The position numbers were made by a program, and so were the translations under genes. Below the pieces are notes generated by a model. That model searched no databases and was not told the origin of the DNA. It saw only the letters and a program-made list of their open reading frames with translations. Of a DNA stretch of 48,268 bases, positions 1 through 9,364 are shown in pieces (within the stretch, counting starts at the first letter, position 1; every line of letters starts with the position of its first letter). The stretch spans positions 1 through 48,268 of the forward strand of contig CAWBHS010000063.1 in NCBI GenBank assembly GCA_963788655.1, given 5' to 3'. This DNA is from an uncultured Verrucomicrobiae bacterium (lineage in GTDB: Bacteria; Verrucomicrobiota; Verrucomicrobiia; Limisphaerales; JAFGQR01).

Positions 1-261
1 AGGGCAAGGCGAGTCTTTTATCCGTTGAAGCATAAGTCACCATTTGGTGACCTTTAGTTTTCGTTCAACACACGATCCAAGTCTCAGTCTGGGGGTATTC
101 GTGTCCATTCGTGGTTGAATTGAATAGATACGGCTAAGGTGCTGTTGATCCGGCATTCCCTTGTCCATGGTAAGGACGCATCAAAGTCAACTGCCGGAAG
201 GGAGCATTTGACAGGGGCGAGGGGCAAAGGACCAAAGGACGAATCTGAAATGTTGAAACCT

Positions 262-386
262 TCTAAAACACTGAAAAGCTGAAAAGCTGAGATCAGGACC
301 ACGCGACAGAGGACGGGGGACAGAGGTCAGCGGTCAGATGTCAGAGGGGCAGGGTTCAGGAGTCAGGAGACAGGAAACAGAGGTCG
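262..386. repeat. Degenerate 7-8 bp tandem repeats (aaaagctg; cagaggt/cagcggt/cagatgt/caggagt/caggaga)
   Basis: Short periodic units visible directly in a non-coding stretch. Confidence 0.7.
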
Positions 387-1366
387 ATGGTCCTTTGGTC
401 TTTGCGCCTTCGTGTGGCCAATTACTTCAGGTCATTTCCTGTCGCATTCAACTATAGCGTTAACCACAATTTCAGATTTGGAAGCGATTTGTGCCGTCAG
501 TCCCAATTCGAGGCTGTATTTCGGACCTATCATCCTGCGTTCATCCTGACTGTGATCCTGGCTTGATCGTAACTAGAGCCTGCAATTGTTGGCTGCGGGT
601 GCGGCAAGCGCGGAACGCAGGTCGCAGACATGACAGTTATTAGATGCTGCCAGATCCTGGACGCGGCATTGGTGCTGGAAACGCTCTTGAACAAGCAGTT
701 CCTTCCTCGCGATCCGAATCGAAAATGGTCAAGTGCAGATGGCAGATTTCAAATTCTTTTGCTCTTTTGCGTTTCTTGCCGCCAGTTTTTTTGAGTCAAT
801 TCCGGTTTCGATGCTGCCGCCCTTGCCCCTTTGCCGAGTTGCTCGACAAGAGCCTCTGCCGTTCGCTGTTCGCACTTCGACCCCAAGCGATCCTAATTGT
901 AACATCACAACGCCAGCCTGCTCCCGATTAAGCGCGGCGCTGCTTCAAGTTCATATATTGCCGACGGGGATGCGTTCCGCCAAGGCCATTCCTCGGGTTT
1001 GACCGCTCACCCGCAATCATGGCCGTCCACGCCTGACAATGAACCGCTGGTTGCATAGCAGATTTTCGGCCTGATCTACCATCAATCTTTCCGGCTGCAC
1101 ATTCCGACGTGCCTTAATGCCAAGGATATGGGCGTTTTTTTGTGGATCAGAAATTCCCAAAGAATGCGCATAGTGCATCGTTTTGCCGGGGATTGAATGG
1201 TTTCCCCCAAACAAGGCAGTTTACCTGCAAAAAACAAAAAGAACGTAAAGAACACCACAGAATCTGAGGTGTTTCTGATGTCACCTTAAAACTGAGAACT
1301 CGTTTTTCTTAACTTCCTACCTTTGTGATCTATGCGCTCTTGATGGTGTATCAAATCTAGTTGAGC

Positions 1367-2411
1367 TCAATCCCGCTCGGTGTTCAGGCCGAGCTGAAGA
1401 ATGCGTGCGATCAGTTGCGAATACGACCAGCCGGCCTGCAACCCCGATTGGGCAAAGTCCTCGTCCTGCGCGAGGATCGGATTGGGATTGGCCTCGATGA
1501 AGACGACCTGGTTGTCCGGGGTCAGGCGCAAATCCAGGCGCGCGTAACCGTCAATGGCCAGCAAGCGATAGATCTTTTTGCAGGTTTTCTCGATCTGGCG
1601 CACCAGGGCCGGGTCCAGTTGCTGGGCTGGTTCATTCTGGATACCCCAGCGTTTGCGGTAAGCCTCGTCCCATTTGGCCTTGTAGGTGGCGATACGGGGT
1701 TCGTCGGACGGCACTTCGTGAAACACCATTTCGCGCACGGGGAACACTTGGAGCCGGCCATTGCCCAGTAGGCTCACGTACAATTCCCGGCCATCGATGT
1801 ATTCCTCGGCAATGGCGTCCTGGGCAAATTTTTCGTGGATGAACGTCACCCGTTCCTTGAATTCCGCGTCGTCCTCGACCAGCGAGGCTTGTGCAATGCC
1901 GAGGGAAGCTTCTTCCTTGAGCGGCTTGATGAGTAGCGGGAACCGCAGCCGCCGGGGACGGGTGATCCGCGCGCCGCAGGAGAGGGTGACGAACCCGGGC
2001 ACGCGCACGCGATGGTAACTCAGGATTTGTTTGGAAATGTCCTTGTGCTTGCACAGCAGCAGGCCGGCGGCGCCGCAGCCGGTGAAGGGCACGCCTTGCA
2101 TTTCCAGAAATGCGGCGATGTTATGGTCGAACTTGCGGTTGTTTTTGAACTGATCGGCCAGGTTGAAAACGATGTCCGGCTGAAAACTGCGGAGTTTTTG
2201 GCAGATCAAATCCGGGGTCGTCAAAAATGACCTGGTGTTCCGTGACGCAGCCCAGCGCCTCCAGCGCTTTGAGCACGTCGGCTTCGGTTTTCCAATCCTC
2301 GGTTTGCAGCTCGCTGGTGAGATCCTGGCCGAGGATCGCCGGGCCGCCGGTGTCGAACAGGGCAAGCACCTTAAGCGGCTGTTTCAAGTTCGCTGGGAAG
2401 GCGCCGTTCAT
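1367..2411 (-). CDS. D-Ala-D-Ala-ligase-like ATP-grasp protein (one frameshift)
   Basis: PDIVFNLAD, GVPFTGCG, FPLLIKP..EEASLGI, EEYIDGRE, GYARLDLRL, FIEANPNP motifs. The N-terminus (ORF 2121..2411) joins ORF 1367..2365 if one G is removed from GGGG at 2214-2217. ATGA overlap with the upstream gene. Confidence 0.85.
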
Positions 2412-3424
2412 TTCGAGCGTTTGAATTTGCCGGTGAACAGGTAGTTCATAATCAGGGTGGTGATGAAGGCGGACAATTGGAGGTGCAGGTGCGGGTCGGC
2501 GGGATTGACGTGGAGGTTCAAAGCGTCGCAGCGCCGGATCAACCGTTGCAGTAACTGGTCCACGCGGTATTTGCGCTCGTTGGTCCAGCCGCAGACCGCC
2601 TTCAGGATTTGGCGGCGGCGCTGACGCAGAAAGAGCGCCGCCGGTTGCGCTCCGGGCGTGGTGGTTTCGGCTCCGAAAAGCCGGGTGAGATCCTGGTCAT
2701 AAAAATCTGGATACGAATCCGCATACTGTTTGCGCTTGCGGGCATAATATGTCTTGAGCTTGATGTTCAGGCAATCGTATTCGCGGACGCGGAACGGCGG
2801 CTGGTGCAAGGGCGGTTGGCCGGCCAGCGAGCGCATCAGGGTATCGACGTATTCCAGTTTCTGGAGCGCCTTCCAGCCGCGGTAGCGTGCGCGCCAATCG
2901 AGATCCGGCGTCAACCACACGGCGAACGTTTCGGCGAAATCCTCGTCGGGATGGCTTTGCGCGTACCAGTCGTCCAGGTGCGTGACAAAGGAACGGCTGT
3001 ACGGCCGGGGCCGGTAGAATTCGGTTTCCTCAGTGGACGCCAGCCCGAAGGCCTGCTGCCATTTCTTCTTGCGTTGGAGGTGGAAGGCGTAGGAATAAGC
3101 GTGCGCGGCTTCGTGGCGCATCAGCCGCATGAACCACTCCTCCGTTTCCCCCTCGACTTCGAGCATCATTTTGCGCTCGAGTTTGCGCAGCCGTTCGTGA
3201 ACCAGAAAGAACGGGATGAAAATCGCGGGGATGCCGACCGGGCAGAACCACTCGTCGCCCACGAAACAGAGCGGATGAAAGACCAATCCTTTTTGGGACA
3301 GTTCCTCGTAAAGGCGGCGGATGCGGGGTTCCAGTTCGGTGCCCGCCAGCGTGAGATTGAGCTGGGAAATCCGTTGGTCGAGCAACTGCTCATCACTGAG
3401 ATTCGCCCACTCGAGGGTGTCCAT
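2408..3424 (-). CDS. Putative zinc-binding metallopeptidase (zincin, HExxH)
   Basis: RLMRHEAAHAY and YAQSHPDEDFAETFAVWL motifs; probable start MDTLEW at 3424. Confidence 0.85.
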   Translation of the reverse strand: MDTLEWANLSDEQLLDQRISQLNLTLAGTELEPRIRRLYEELSQKGLVFHPLCFVGDEWFCPVGIPAIFIPFFLVHERLRKLERKMMLEVEGETEEWFMRLMRHEAAHAYSYAFHLQRKKKWQQAFGLASTEETEFYRPRPYSRSFVTHLDDWYAQSHPDEDFAETFAVWLTPDLDWRARYRGWKALQKLEYVDTLMRSLAGQPPLHQPPFRVREYDCLNIKLKTYYARKRKQYADSYPDFYDQDLTRLFGAETTTPGAQPAALFLRQRRRQILKAVCGWTNERKYRVDQLLQRLIRRCDALNLHVNPADPHLHLQLSAFITTLIMNYLFTGKFKRSK

Positions 3425-3523
3425 GCCGACCATTCTACCGGGCACCCTCATGGCGAACAAGCGCGGGCTGCCGTGAATTCGTGCTGCGGTGTCCCAGGGT
3501 GCCGGAAACGGCAAGACTATTCG

Positions 3524-4051
3524 TCACCGTGCCAGCGTAATTGCCCAGGAACTCTTTGGTGCTGGGAGTACGCCATTCGCGTAGGCCAGGCGTCCATCGG
3601 TCAGCGTCACCGGCGGGTTGGTGCCCACCGTCAAGCGGATCGATTCCGGATCAATCCCGGTTTCATCCCGCAAATAGACTTTCAGCGGGCTTTGCCGGCT
3701 CACGCCAATCGCTCCGTCCGCCAGCGCCGCACGCCAGACCTCCGGCGGATCGGTGTCGAGTTTGACCACCTGGTAAAACCGCGCGGTCTGATCATAAGCG
3801 TCCGGGAAACGCACCCGGTTATTGGAAGCGTAGATCGGGCTGGGATTCAGAGTCTTCCAGGGCTGTTGCCCCAACGCGGGCGCGGTCAACACGTTGAAGT
3901 GCTTGGTCGGAATCGCTTCCCAAGTGAGCACGATTACGTGGGTGGGATCATTCACGTCGTAAGCGATGGAGCTGTTCAGGGGGATTTGCTGCGCGGCGCA
4001 AGGCCAGGCAAGCAACAGAGAATTGAGAATGAAAGAACCAACTTGTTTCAT
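3524..4051 (-). pseudogene. Secreted protein, apparently 3'-truncated
   Basis: Signal peptide (MKQVGSFILNSLLLAWPCAA), an LTW...RFYQV beta domain, then an Ig-like domain (DTDPP...DETGIDPESIRLTV) that ends abruptly after YANGVL. Confidence 0.55.
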
Positions 4052-4095
4052 AATGAATCTTTCCCATTGGTTCAACCAAGTGAATCACGGCTTAG

Positions 4096-4287
4096 CCGTA
4101 TCCATTCAGTAGCTGGAGCAGCGATGACGCGATTCGGGGCGGTAGGAAAGGCGTCTCGCCTGTCTCGGATAATGAAGGGCGTTCTCACCTGTTGGTGACC
4201 TGGAGAGATTTCCTGCGCCGCGTTGCAAATCGATGGTTGGCAGTCGTTCGGGACAGGCGGGACGCCTGTCCTACTGAATAGTCACGG
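4096..4287. repeat. REP/REPIN-like nested inverted repeat (GTAG type)
   Basis: gtaggaaaggcgtctcgcctgtc (4142-4164) pairs with gacaggcgggacgcctgtcctac (4252-4274); outer imperfect arms ccgtatccattcagtag / ctactgaatagtcacgg. Confidence 0.8.
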
Positions 4288-4426
4288 CTTAGGCCAAATG
4301 AACAGCTTGCAATGCTAAAATTCTCCGCCAAAGCTGACTCGGCGCCAGCTTTGTTCGTCCGTCGCTCCGTCGCTATGCGCGCACAAGTTTTATTGCAATC
4401 CAATCGGCTCCGGCTAGACTGAAGAT

Positions 4427-4672
4427 ATGACAGTCAGCTTGGAAGAAGCGCAAGCCAACCTCGCAGAAATCGTGGCCAAAGCCGTGACCGGCGAGGAGGT
4501 CTTCATTGCCACGGGCAGCGGAAAGCCTGTCGTCAAACTCGTCGCCGTGGCGGTTAACGGCTCGCGATTGGCCCAGAACCCGCAGGTGAAGGGCGCGCTG
4601 ACTATCCTGGACCACGAAGCGTTGGTGAAGCCACTCCCGTCGGAGGAGTGGGGCGAGTTGGCGAAGCGTTAA
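4427..4672 (+). CDS. Type II antitoxin, Phd/YefM-like
   Basis: MTVSLEEAQANLAEIVAKAVTGEEVFI...KPVVKLV signature, upstream of a PIN gene. Confidence 0.85.
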   Translation: MTVSLEEAQANLAEIVAKAVTGEEVFIATGSGKPVVKLVAVAVNGSRLAQNPQVKGALTILDHEALVKPLPSEEWGELAKR

Positions 4673-5096
4673 GCGACTGGCGACAGCCCAAACGCGCGCT
4701 CAGGCAAGACCTCCTGGATACCTGCACTTTTCTCTGGCTGGCGGCCGACCAGAGCAAACTCTCGACGGCTGCGCAGCAGACTATCGCCGACTTCAACCAC
4801 ACACTCCTCATTTCTGCTATCACCGTCAGCGAGACCCATCGGTTAGTGCGGAAGGGAAAAATCACGTTTCAAGCCAACTTGCCTCTGGATGTCTGGTTCA
4901 GTGCCGCATTGGCCCAGCACCAAATTCAGTGCGAACCGATTACCCTGGAGATAGCGCACACAGCGGAAATCCTGCCCGCTATTCATAACGATCCAGCGGA
5001 TCGATTCATCCTGGCGACAGCACAGGTGATGGGAGCGCACATTTGTCGCCGGATCGACTCATGCGACAGTATCCGGGATTTACCGTCGAGTGGTGA
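4648..5096 (+). CDS. vapC: PIN-domain (VapC-family) toxin; start uncertain, frameshift near 5043
   Basis: LLDTCTFLWL, ISAITVSE, HNDPADRFILATA. Adding one T near 5043 gives the expected tail LSPDRLMRQYPGFTVEW* (TGA 5094-5096). Confidence 0.8.
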
Positions 5097-5144
5097 CGCG
5101 ACTAAGCCGAATAATTCACGCCGAGCTTAGAACGCCGAGAGCTT

Positions 5145-5214
5145 GTAGCCGCCGACGTGAGGAGACGGACCTGGAGCCCCTTCCTTCACTCCGCCTCCTC
5201 ACGTCGGCGGCTAC
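5145..5214. repeat. REP hairpin (gtagccgccgacgtgagga...tcctcacgtcggcggctac)
   Basis: Near-perfect inverted repeat between convergent genes; a related copy lies at 45330-45402. Confidence 0.85.
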
Positions 5215-5300
5215 AGTGCGTGTGAAATGTTCGTGGTAAGCAGTTGAACGGAAATGCGAATTCTCCGTAATCAACGGTATTGCCCCGGCTGGCCCACAGC

Positions 5301-7802
5301 CTATTCCGCAGCCACCTTCAACCCCTCCAACGCCCCGCCATCAGGTCGGCGCACGCGACAGCAGAATTGCCAGCCCCCTTCGTGGTCCACGACTTTGAGC
5401 AGGAGATCGTTCCAGCCTTCCTGAAGTTGCACCTTCACGATGTCCTGGCGCGGGGCCAGGCCACGGTTCTGGTATTTGTCTTGAACCAACTTGCCGTTGA
5501 ACCAGACTTTGAGCGCGTCATCGGCGCCCATTTCCAGGCGGGCTTCCTGCGCCAGCGGCGACCAGACGCGCGTCTTCATGTAGGCGGCGCAATGGTCCAA
5601 CGAGCCATACACCGATTCGAGGTTAATGTCCCACGAGCCGAGGCCTTTTGTTAGCGGTTTCCATTTCACGTCCGTGGCCGACGGTTTCTCGGGCGTGTAT
5701 GCGGTATTGTAAGCCTCCTGGCCGTCGCGGGCTTTGAAGGGGCCAGTCTCCTGCCAAACGAGAATGTAACCTTCGTACTGGTCCATCTCGTTGAGAATGT
5801 CCTGAGCCTGTTTGCGGATGTTCGGTTCGTTGACCGTGGCCAGCACTTGTTTCACGGCGGCGCGGGCTGGTTCGGCATCGGTTTGCCGAAGACGATTGGC
5901 GATCTGGACCATGGCCAGCGCCGCCTCGGCCTGTAAGGCTTCGGTATTCAAATATTGCTGAACCAGCTTGAGCGCATCCAATGAACTGGCGGTGCCCAGA
6001 CCGCCCAGAACCAGTTTCTTGTCTTCAGGCCGGGTGGCCAATTCCATCGCACGGACGTATTGGACGGTTGGGTTCTTCGTCAGCGCTGCCAGACGCACAT
6101 AGCCTCGCAAGGCCAGAACTTTGTGCGTCGGATTGGCCGCGGTACGCACAACTTCGAGCAAATCGTCCACCGGCGCTGGATTGGGCCAATCGGCCAACGT
6201 GCGTACGGCGGCATCGACAATTTCCGGATGCCCATCATTCAACGCCGCCCGAACCGCGTCGAGGGCGGCCGGCGTTGCGGCACGTCCGAGCAAACGGAGC
6301 AACGTGGGCTTGGCTTCCGTCGGTGCCGTGGTCAATGCGGCCAGAACAGGTGCCGCCTGTTTTTCGGATTCAGGAACCCGGTGAAAGGCCGAGGCAATGG
6401 CCTCTTCGATGGCGAGACGATCATTCGCAACTTTTGGTTTAACCGCCAACGCCACAAGCGCTGAAAGGTCGCGATCACTGGCCAATGAACCCAGCGCATC
6501 GAATGCAGCGCGGCGCACGGAGTTGTCCTCAGCAACCGCCATTTTGAGCAATGAAGCGACAGCCTCAGTAGCGCGCCGCCCTGCCAGCGCTCGCATGACT
6601 TCGATGACCAATTTCGAATCCTCGGAATCGAGCGCCTGGATGAGCGCGCCATTAATGTGGTCGCCCGGAACACGCAGCAGGCTGGCCCGGGCCGCCTGTT
6701 GTTCCAGCCCACGAGCCGTGGCCGCGGTGCGAACGAGTTGGTCCACCGCCGAAGCGTCACCCAGGTTGCCGAGGGCTTCACAGGCGGCGATGCGAATGGA
6801 TTCATTGTCGCTCTTGGTTGCGGTCATGACCACCGGCAGCGCCGCGTTGTCACCGCGCACACTCAAGGCGTTTAACAGCAACGCTTGCCCGTCGGCGGGC
6901 AGAGAGGGAAGCATTCCGGCCAGGGTTAAGGTTGTCTGCCGTCCGGGCGCGGTGCGCGCAAAACCAATCGCAATGGCTTGGAGATCGGGGTCGCTGCCCT
7001 TGATGGCTTCGGTGAGCAGATTCAACGCATTGCGACTTTGCGTGCCCACCAGTCCCCGCAACGCCGCGATGCGCAGATGCCGGGGCTGATCGGCCGCATA
7101 AAACTTTTCGTAGATTCGGGCCGCGGCCGCTTCCTGTCCCTTCGCCAACAACTGATCGGCGCACGCCAGCAACGCGTCGTCAATCCGTTCGCCCACTTCG
7201 ACGGTGGCGTTCGGACGCACGGCTTCCAGCGCCTGGACGGCATCGGCATTCCCGAAGTTGCCCAACGCTGCCGCGGCGGCACCGGCTAGCAACGGATCGT
7301 TGGCTTGCAGCAATTTCACCATGTCCGGCACCGCGGACGCACAGCGTCGGTTGCCGAGGGTGTTCAAGATGCCCACCTGGATTTTGCCGGAAGTCTTGCC
7401 CAACGCCCGCAGCAACGCGGCATCGGCTGCCGGATCAGCGATGCGGCCCAGCGTGTAACGCGCAATGTGTGAAAGGCCAGGATCGGTCAACAACGCTTCC
7501 AATTGCGGCACGCAATGCGCGGTGCCCACAAAAAAGAGTTGGCGGCACAGAAACTCTTTCGCATCGCGAGTGGCCGGCGAACCAAGCGCCTGCAACAAGC
7601 GCGTTTCTACCGCGGCCCGTTGCTCAGGATGAGTGACGGATTCAACGACGATCTGTTCCGCTGTCTGCAAGGGCCCAGAGTCCCCGCCGTATTCGAATTG
7701 GGCGGCGGCTTGCAGAGCCTGGTCCAATCGTTGGAGGGTGTCGGTGTCAGCGGCGGTGGCGGCGAAGGCCAGGGCCAGGAAAAGGGGCAACAGAGCTTTC
7801 AT
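5301..7802 (-). CDS. Secreted HEAT-repeat protein with C-terminal beta-sandwich domain
   Basis: Signal peptide MKALLPLFLALAFAATAA; many AA..ALG.LG repeats; C-terminal W..GPF...AYMKTRVWSP...GADDALKVWFNG domain. Confidence 0.85.
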   Translation of the reverse strand: MKALLPLFLALAFAATAADTDTLQRLDQALQAAAQFEYGGDSGPLQTAEQIVVESVTHPEQRAAVETRLLQALGSPATRDAKEFLCRQLFFVGTAHCVPQLEALLTDPGLSHIARYTLGRIADPAADAALLRALGKTSGKIQVGILNTLGNRRCASAVPDMVKLLQANDPLLAGAAAAALGNFGNADAVQALEAVRPNATVEVGERIDDALLACADQLLAKGQEAAAARIYEKFYAADQPRHLRIAALRGLVGTQSRNALNLLTEAIKGSDPDLQAIAIGFARTAPGRQTTLTLAGMLPSLPADGQALLLNALSVRGDNAALPVVMTATKSDNESIRIAACEALGNLGDASAVDQLVRTAATARGLEQQAARASLLRVPGDHINGALIQALDSEDSKLVIEVMRALAGRRATEAVASLLKMAVAEDNSVRRAAFDALGSLASDRDLSALVALAVKPKVANDRLAIEEAIASAFHRVPESEKQAAPVLAALTTAPTEAKPTLLRLLGRAATPAALDAVRAALNDGHPEIVDAAVRTLADWPNPAPVDDLLEVVRTAANPTHKVLALRGYVRLAALTKNPTVQYVRAMELATRPEDKKLVLGGLGTASSLDALKLVQQYLNTEALQAEAALAMVQIANRLRQTDAEPARAAVKQVLATVNEPNIRKQAQDILNEMDQYEGYILVWQETGPFKARDGQEAYNTAYTPEKPSATDVKWKPLTKGLGSWDINLESVYGSLDHCAAYMKTRVWSPLAQEARLEMGADDALKVWFNGKLVQDKYQNRGLAPRQDIVKVQLQEGWNDLLLKVVDHEGGWQFCCRVRRPDGGALEGLKVAAE

Positions 7803-7837
7803 GGGATGGGTCGCAATCATGGATTGGGTTTCTTTCA

Positions 7838-9146
7838 TCAGGCAAGGTTCCAGGGTTCGCGCATGGGGCGGTCGAGCCATCGACTGGCTTCCGGATCGCC
7901 AATGATTTCCTCCTTCACCGGATCCCATTTCAATGGACGTTTCAGCCAGTAGGCAATGTTGCCCAGGTGACAATGCGTGGCCGTGCGATGCGCGATGGCG
8001 ATGTCGCGGAACGGACGTTCGCGGGTGCGGACGCAATGCAGGAAGTCGCCAAAAATTCCGCCGCTGCCTTTGTAATTTGGAATGTGTATGTCCGGCGGTT
8101 GTTGCTGCTCGCCCTTGCCGTCACGCGCGGGAATCTCGCCTTCAGTCCCGCGGAAGGACAGGAGGCCGCCCCAGCCGCCGCCGTGATAAATGCGAATGCC
8201 GTTGGCAAACACGTAAGTCAACTGCGGGTGGTCCTTGTCGGGCGGAATAATTTCCACCGGGCCGGTCTCTGTGAAGATTCAACGCGAACAAGGCGCCGCC
8301 GAAAGTGTGGCAGCCCCAGTCGGTCATGCCGCCGCCCGAGTAATCGCGATAGGGCCGGAACCCGCCGGTGATCAGCGTCGGATGAAACGGTCGCCACGGG
8401 GTCGGACCGAGCCAGAAGTCCCAATCGACTTCCGCCGGCGTGGGCACCGGCGGCAGGTAACAGGGACCCGATGGTCCGCCGACATTGACCCAGGCCTCCT
8501 TCGGTTCGCCAATGGCGCCGCCGCGGACCATCCGATGGAACCAGTTGTAATCGCCCCACACGCGCTGGCTGCCGCCGGAAAACACGCGGCCATAACGGCG
8601 GGCCACGGTGCGCATCACCTGGCCCTGGTGAATGGTCAGCGTCTCCGGCTTCTCGCAATACACGTCCTTGCCGTGCTTCATGGCGTCGAGGGAAATCAAC
8701 GCGTGCCAATGGTCCGGCGTGGCGATCAACACGGCGTCAATATCCGGCCGCCGGGTGATCTCGTGAAAATCGTTGTCGGTTCGGCAATCGCGGTTGCCGT
8801 AGCGTCCATCGACCGTGCCTTTGGCTTGGTTCCGGTGGCTGGCCACCACGTCGCAAACCGCCACGACCTGCACTTGTTTGAAGCCCAGGAAACCGCCCAT
8901 GTCGCCGCGGCCCTGGCCCCCCATGCCGATGCAACCCATGACAATCCGGTCATTGGCGCCAAAGGACCGGGCGTCGAGGAAGAGGGGGGCAGTGCCGGCA
9001 ACCACTGCCGCTTGTTTCAAAAAGGAACGTCGAGTCACACCGAGCGGCGGGGCCGCAGCCAAAGTTGAAGGCTTAGGAAGTTGAAGAGTTGACGCGGCAG
9101 GAGATTTACGAGGCCCGCCCAAATTTGTAAGTAGTGGGTTCTTCAT
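7838..9146 (-). CDS. Gfo/Idh/MocA-family oxidoreductase with Tat signal (frameshift near 8270)
   Basis: TRRSFLK twin-arginine motif, IGMGGQG, IATPDHWHA, DVYCEKP, DWGCH; the C-terminus HRTATHCHLGNIA..WDP..E is in ORF 7838..8257. Confidence 0.9.
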
Positions 9147-9258
9147 ATAGATCGTTGCTTACGTAGCAGCAGTAAAACAGATCACCAAATGAGTGAAAAC
9201 GCGCCAATCAGAAATGCAAGGACTTTCCCAACCCTCATGCCAATACTTTTCTGTTGGT

Positions 9259-9312
9259 AGCATGGGGCTACAGAATACCGTCAGGCCGGTAGCGCAGATT
9301 TGCAGTCTGCTG
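9259..9312. repeat. Left copy of imperfect ~54 bp direct repeat (includes a GTAG REP arm)
   Basis: agcatggggctacagaataccgtcaggccggtagcgcagatttgcagtctgctg matches 24906-24958 with 8 mismatches and 1 gap (manual alignment). Confidence 0.75.
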
Positions 9313-9364
9313 TACCGCAGGGCTGCTCGCTCAGTTCCTGGCTGCTTCAGGTGCCGTAGCTAGC

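Noticed and set aside
1..1360. Short ORFs 84..302, 644..931, 733..1002, 1017..1214
   Set aside because: No recognisable motifs or RBS; the region is dominated by short repeats and degenerate palindromes.
1367..2411. Housekeeping ddl, or programmed frameshifting
   Set aside because: Lacks the canonical Ddl N-terminal motif and cell-wall gene context; the shift lies in a homopolymer like many other probable errors in this window.
2609..4198. 529 aa plus-strand ORF
   Set aside because: Antisense shadow of the peptidase and secreted-protein genes; no motifs. The same applies to 17556..18665, 25745..26935, 30647..31594, 33632..35137, 35269..36330 and 46574..47632.
5301..9146. HEAT protein + Gfo/Idh/MocA pair as a novel system
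   Set aside because: A common, highly paralogous arrangement in PVC genomes; nothing distinctive seen here.
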